A stretch of DNA of 64,000 bases from Candidatus Multivoradales bacterium (GTDB taxonomy: Bacteria; Acidobacteriota; Thermoanaerobaculia; Multivoradales; JAHEKO01). Below are positions 59,651-64,000 of the stretch, in pieces. The translations under genes and the position numbers were made by a program. The first letter of the stretch is position 1. Each line of letters opens with the position of its first letter. The notes beneath the pieces are model-generated. The model saw nothing but the letters and a program-made list of their open reading frames with translations. It ran no database searches and was not told where the DNA came from. The stretch lies in the NCBI GenBank assembly GCA_965223155.1, contig CBDCVR010000013.1, forward strand, positions 416,001-480,000, given 5' to 3'.

Positions 59651-60669
59651 CCGTGCGGTTGGGCCGGCGGCTGCCCAGCGGCCGGACCGGACGGACAATC
59701 TGGGCAGGGAGCTCCGTCGAGGACCTCCGCGGCGCCGCTCTCGGCCGCCTCCATGAGTCGAGCCAGCCGCGCTTCCGAGCAGGACGGGCAGCGGCCGAAC
59801 GAGGCGAGATCCCAGGTGTCCAGCAGGACGGTTCCGCCAGTGAGTCCCAGAGCCCGGCCGAACACCCTTTCGACCTCGGCCAGGTCCGGCGCCCGGAATT
59901 CCCCCCCCTCGGCCAGCCGCTCCAGCGCGCCGTTGCCTCCTCGCACGGGGATTAGCGAGACGGTCTCGACACCGTGCTCGAAGGCGTAGGCCGCGCTCAG
60001 CACCGGCCAATGCTCCCGCTCCGACTCCGGCACATACGGGGCGCCGACGAGGACGAACGCCCGTACCGGAATCCCGCTCGCGTCCAGGAATTCGAGAGCC
60101 CGATCGAAGTCGTCGCGACTCATTGCCTTGTTCAGCCGCGGTAGCGCCCGAGGATGGATCGTCTCGAGACCGATGGCCACCTCCAGGCATCCACCCAGAG
60201 CTTCATGAAAGCGCGTAACGCCGGGGCCCAAGAAGGCGGGGTGGCATTCCGCCACCACCCGCTCGTATCCCGCGCACAGGCCCGCCAGGGCGCCCAAGTC
60301 CTCCTCGGGCACGGCGCGCGGATCGAAGAAGTTCGAGGCGTTGTAGAGCTTGAGGCGGGCTCCCGGCGGCGGCTCGCCCGCCTCCCGCAGAACCGCGTCG
60401 AGCTGTCGCGGCAACACTCCGGGCGGCGTCGGCCCCTCCAGCGTGTGCTGCCACAGGTCGCAGAAAACGCACGAGAACGGACACTCGGCGCCGGCCAGAA
60501 ACACGGTCACCGAACGGACCTTCCGGCCGCCGGCCCGCTCCTTCTCGATCAACGTACCGATAGCCGCATTGGGATCGGGCGGCCGCTTGGCTTCCCGCAG
60601 GCTTCGAACCCACCGGCCCGCGCCGGCCGTCTGGCTTCCGACCCGGGCGGCGTCCCCGGGCCCGGTCAC
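59647..60669 (-). CDS. Radical SAM enzyme, RaSEA/TIGR01210-like
   Basis: CPFSCVFC; KLYNASNFFD..VP; LEVAIGLET; LNK; GTG start overlaps the upstream stop (GTGA). Confidence 0.85.
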   Translation of the reverse strand: MTGPGDAARVGSQTAGAGRWVRSLREAKRPPDPNAAIGTLIEKERAGGRKVRSVTVFLAGAECPFSCVFCDLWQHTLEGPTPPGVLPRQLDAVLREAGEPPPGARLKLYNASNFFDPRAVPEEDLGALAGLCAGYERVVAECHPAFLGPGVTRFHEALGGCLEVAIGLETIHPRALPRLNKAMSRDDFDRALEFLDASGIPVRAFVLVGAPYVPESEREHWPVLSAAYAFEHGVETVSLIPVRGGNGALERLAEGGEFRAPDLAEVERVFGRALGLTGGTVLLDTWDLASFGRCPSCSEARLARLMEAAESGAAEVLDGAPCPDCPSGPAAGQPPAQPHG

Positions 60670-62012
60670 GCCCGCCGCGGGCTCGGATCGGCGTAGAGCG
60701 AGGTGAAGTGCCGGCGATAGGCCTCTGCGCTCGCCCCGAAGATCCGCGCGAAGTCGTCGCCGGAAGTCGCGCCGGTCTGAAAGCGGCACTTGGGGAAGAC
60801 CGGCATTTCGAATCCGAGAACCGAGCGTACGCCGCTCGCCACGATCTCGCCCTTGAGGGCGTAGAGGCGCTCGTGGTCGCCGTCCGCCAGCTCGGAAAAG
60901 GGAATCGCCGAGGCGATCTCGACCAGACGCGGTGACGTGTAGGGGCTAAACCCGACGAAGCCCAGCCTGCGGGCGGGCGCGAAGGTGCGTACGCAACCGC
61001 GGCTCAAGCCGCCACTGTAGGTCAGCGAGTGCTTGATGCAGTCGACGCCCCATCCCTCCTGGTACAGCATCGGGTTGTTGACTACGCTCCGGATGGTGAG
61101 CTCGGGATTTTCCTCGATCGGGTAGTCCTTCAGGTTTTCGTCGCCGCCGTCGCCATCGATCAGGAAGGTCCAGTCCGCATACCGGGCTCGCAACGCCTCC
61201 AGAAGGGCCAGATTCACCGCCGCGCACTCCACGTCCCGAGGCTTGTAGTCCTCAATCGCTTCGATCGCTCGGAGCGGATCCACCGCGCCCGCCGGGACCT
61301 CGATCGGCTCCAGGAAAAGCTCCAGATCCAGTGCGGAGAGAAAGGCGCGGGACTGCTCCAGATCGCTGCCCCCGCCGTCCACGGCAAGGGTGAAGGCCTT
61401 GAGCCTGGCCGGAGACTGACCGCGCTCCAGCAGACCGCGGTACACCGACAGAAACACCGAGCCACTGTCGATTCCCCCGGAGAACAGGACACCGATGGGC
61501 TCGCGCTCGGGCTGAGAGTCCAGCCAGTGCCCCACCTGGGTGTGAAGCGCACCGACGTAGCTGTGCCCGATGGCATCGACCTTGGCCGTCAGGGCCGCGG
61601 GCCGCTCGGCCACGAAGCGGACATGCTCCGGATTGGGATCGGGACAGCCGATGAGCCGGAGCGAGGTGACGTGATGCGCGGGCACCATCCGCGTGTAGGA
61701 CGGATGGAACTGCTCCGCGTACCCCTCCTCCGCCAGGGTCGTCTCGATCTCGGCGATCGACTCGGCAACTACCAGGAGCGGCCCCTCGACTTCCTTCGCC
61801 AGAAAGTAGCGCAGGGGACGATCCAGGGAGCGAGCCAAGAACACCACCTCGTCACAGCGCGCGGCGAGAGCGAAAGACCCCTCGACCGCGCCAAAGGCTT
61901 CGGCATTGCCCGAGGCCAGGACCTCCCTGGCTTCCTCAACGCTGTGGTGCCATAGACGCTGGCCCTCCGGCCGCGTCCGATCGATCATCCGGGCTACGTA
62001 ATCTGCTCGCAT
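60666..62012 (-). CDS. Asparagine-synthetase-like ATP pyrophosphatase lacking the N-terminal glutaminase Cys
   Basis: PP-loop LFSGGIDSG; DGDGGDE; truncated GATase remnant GSFALA..LARSLDRPLRY; GAGGAG SD. Confidence 0.85.
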   Translation of the reverse strand: MRADYVARMIDRTRPEGQRLWHHSVEEAREVLASGNAEAFGAVEGSFALAARCDEVVFLARSLDRPLRYFLAKEVEGPLLVVAESIAEIETTLAEEGYAEQFHPSYTRMVPAHHVTSLRLIGCPDPNPEHVRFVAERPAALTAKVDAIGHSYVGALHTQVGHWLDSQPEREPIGVLFSGGIDSGSVFLSVYRGLLERGQSPARLKAFTLAVDGGGSDLEQSRAFLSALDLELFLEPIEVPAGAVDPLRAIEAIEDYKPRDVECAAVNLALLEALRARYADWTFLIDGDGGDENLKDYPIEENPELTIRSVVNNPMLYQEGWGVDCIKHSLTYSGGLSRGCVRTFAPARRLGFVGFSPYTSPRLVEIASAIPFSELADGDHERLYALKGEIVASGVRSVLGFEMPVFPKCRFQTGATSGDDFARIFGASAEAYRRHFTSLYADPSPRRA

Positions 62013-62057
62013 CGCTCGTCTCCTCGAGGCCGGCACCGAACGTCCGGAGCCGCTGGA

Positions 62058-62066
62058 ATCTTACCA
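62058..62066 (-). promoter_or_regulatory. Extended -10 promoter candidate for the AsnB-like/rSAM/halogenase operon
   Basis: TGGTAAGAT (TGn plus TAAGAT) about 45 nt upstream of ATG 62012. Confidence 0.45.
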
Positions 62067-62110
62067 GCGCGACGCCCGCGGGCAGAGCCGACTCGGCAGC
62101 CGTTCCGCCG

Positions 62111-63586
62111 CTACCGGTCAACCCAGTAATTGGGCGCTTCCTTGGTGATCACGACATCGTGGGCGTGGCTCTCCTTGTGCCCCGCTGCCGTCACCCGCGC
62201 CAGCCGGGCCTCGGTTCTGAGCTCCTCGATCGAGGCGCAGCCGGCAAGCCCCATGCCGGCGCGAAGGCCGCCCACGACCTGGGCCAGCATCTGATGCACG
62301 CTTCCCTTGAAGGGGACCATCCCTTCGATGCCTTCGGGCACCATCTTGGCGAGCTCGCCTTCACTGCTCTGGAAGTACCGGTCGGCGCTGCCCTTGCGCA
62401 TGGCCGAAATCGAGCCCATTCCCCGGTGGGCCTTGTACGAGCGGCCTTGGTACAGGATGGTCTCCCCAGGGCTCTCCTCGGTACCCGCAAACAACGAACC
62501 GATCATGACCGAGTGCCCGCCGGCGGCGACCGCCTTGACCACGTCACCCGAGAACTTGATGCCGCCGTCGGCGATCACCGGCAGGTCGTGCTCGGCGGCA
62601 GCCCGGGCGCAATCCAGAACCGCGCTCACCTGGGGCAAACCGGCGCCGGTCACGATCCGGGTGGTGCAGATGGAGCCCGGCCCGATGCCCACCTTGACGC
62701 CGTCGACGCCTCGTTCAGCGAGCGCTCGTACGCCCTCGCCGGTGGCCACGTTCCCCGCCACCAGACGCACCTCGGGCAACGCCTCGCGCAGCCGCGAGAG
62801 CCCGTCTAGGACACCCCAACTGTGGGCGTGCGACGAATCCAGCACCAGGAAGTCCACCTTGGCCGCCACCAGCGCCTGGGCGCGCTCGACCGCGTCGCCC
62901 CCCGAGCCCACCGCGCCGCCGACCCGCAGGCGGCCCAGGTCGTCCTTGCAGGCATTCGGGAACCGTTCGGCCTTTTCGATGTCCTTGACGGTAATCAACC
63001 CCTTGAGCTCGCGGGCTTCGTCGACCACCAGGAGCTTCTCGATCCGGTGCCGGTGGAGCAGCTCCTTCGCCTCTTCCAGGGTCGTGCCCTCGGCAACGGT
63101 TACCAGATCCTGGCTGGTCATCACCGCCTCGATCGGCTGCTCCAGATCGCTCTCGAAGCGCAGGTCCCGATTCGTCAGGATGCCGGCCAGCTTGCCGGAG
63201 GCTTCGGTCACCGGCACGCCCGAGATCTTGTAGCGGGCCATCACCTCCAGGGCTTCCCGCAGTTTCTGGTCCGGGCGCATGGTGACCGGGTCCACGATCA
63301 TGCCGGCCTCGCTACGCTTGACCCGGTCTACCTCCGCGGCCTGATCCGCGATGGTGAGATTCTTGTGGATCACGCCGACGCCGCCCTCCTGAGCCAAGGC
63401 GATGGCGAGCCGAGACTCGGTCACGGTGTCCATCGCCGCCGCCACGATCGGGACGTTGAGATGGATTCCACGGCACAGTCGCGTCCGCAGATCGACCTCG
63501 TTCGGATGGACCCCGGAGTACGCCGGGACCAGCAGCACGTCATCGAAGGTCAGGGCGACGGGAAGATCGGATTTGGGATCGGGCAT
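62111..63586 (-). CDS. guaB: IMP dehydrogenase
   Basis: [11 protein letters not shown] pair, [28 protein letters not shown]. Confidence 0.97.
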   Translation of the reverse strand: MPDPKSDLPVALTFDDVLLVPAYSGVHPNEVDLRTRLCRGIHLNVPIVAAAMDTVTESRLAIALAQEGGVGVIHKNLTIADQAAEVDRVKRSEAGMIVDPVTMRPDQKLREALEVMARYKISGVPVTEASGKLAGILTNRDLRFESDLEQPIEAVMTSQDLVTVAEGTTLEEAKELLHRHRIEKLLVVDEARELKGLITVKDIEKAERFPNACKDDLGRLRVGGAVGSGGDAVERAQALVAAKVDFLVLDSSHAHSWGVLDGLSRLREALPEVRLVAGNVATGEGVRALAERGVDGVKVGIGPGSICTTRIVTGAGLPQVSAVLDCARAAAEHDLPVIADGGIKFSGDVVKAVAAGGHSVMIGSLFAGTEESPGETILYQGRSYKAHRGMGSISAMRKGSADRYFQSSEGELAKMVPEGIEGMVPFKGSVHQMLAQVVGGLRAGMGLAGCASIEELRTEARLARVTAAGHKESHAHDVVITKEAPNYWVDR

Positions 63587-63691
63587 CGCTCGCCAGGGGT
63601 TGCCGGAGAGTATCAGAGGACGGAGAGTCGGACGCCGCCTTACACGGCTCAGGGGAATCCCGGGTCGGGGCGGCGAGCCGCGGTGCTCCTC

Positions 63692-64000
63692 CTAGGAGGA
63701 ATACTCGTAGAAGCCGCGGCCGCTCTTGCGGCCCAGGCGCCCGGCCAGCACCATCTTCTTGAGGAGCGGCGGCGGCGCGAAGCGGGTCTCCCGGTACTCC
63801 TCGAACATGATGTTGGCGATGTAGTAGGTGGTGTCGAGGCCCACGAAGTCGAGCAAAGTGAACGGCCCCATCGGATAGCCGCAACCGAGCTGCATCGCCT
63901 TGTCGATGTCTTCGACCGAGCCGACGCCGGTCTCGTAGGCGCGGATCGCGTCCAGCAGGTAGGGCACCAAGAGCCGGTTGACGATGAAGCCCGAGTTGTC
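63692..64000 (-). CDS. 3-hydroxyacyl(butyryl)-CoA dehydrogenase, C-terminal part (5' end outside the window)
   Basis: [39 protein letters not shown]. Confidence 0.9.
   Translation of the reverse strand, partial: DNSGFIVNRLLVPYLLDAIRAYETGVGSVEDIDKAMQLGCGYPMGPFTLLDFVGLDTTYYIANIMFEEYRETRFAPPPLLKKMVLAGRLGRKSGRGFYEYSS

Noticed and set aside
60666-62110. Lasso peptide cluster (AsnB-like protein as lasso cyclase)
   Set aside because: No precursor ORF, RRE/PqqD domain or B2 leader peptidase is adjacent; the upstream gap is only about 100 bp

Overview
GC-rich bacterial chromosomal window. Gene content (VWA/Ig-domain protein, FecR/DUF6600-type protein, giant membrane histidine kinase) suggests an Acidobacteriota-like organism; this is an inference. 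Housekeeping genes are cysS, def, lspA, an RluA-family synthase, a comM/yifB homolog, secA, guaB, hutH/hutU and three tRNAs (Cys-GCA, Gly-GCC, Gly-CCC). Accessory modules are a BrnT/BrnA toxin-antitoxin islet, a protease-OPT-glutaminyl cyclase operon, an ECF sigma/FecR/TonB-dependent receptor set, a two-gene NAD-linked selenocysteine formate dehydrogenase (in-frame UGA plus SECIS) and a cluster of secreted Cys-paired proteins sharing a domain I do not recognise. The best candidate for an undescribed system is a translationally coupled operon at 58082-62012 (minus strand). It encodes an asparagine-synthetase-like ATP pyrophosphatase lacking the glutaminase Cys, a RaSEA/TIGR01210-like radical SAM enzyme and a PrnC-like flavin-dependent halogenase. 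Other notable signals are a probable CTG start for cysS, tandem NrdR-like boxes at the left edge, several apparently leaderless genes and a sigma54-type promoter. No CRISPR array, rRNA, transposase or integrase was seen. All family assignments come from motif recognition by eye, not database searches.
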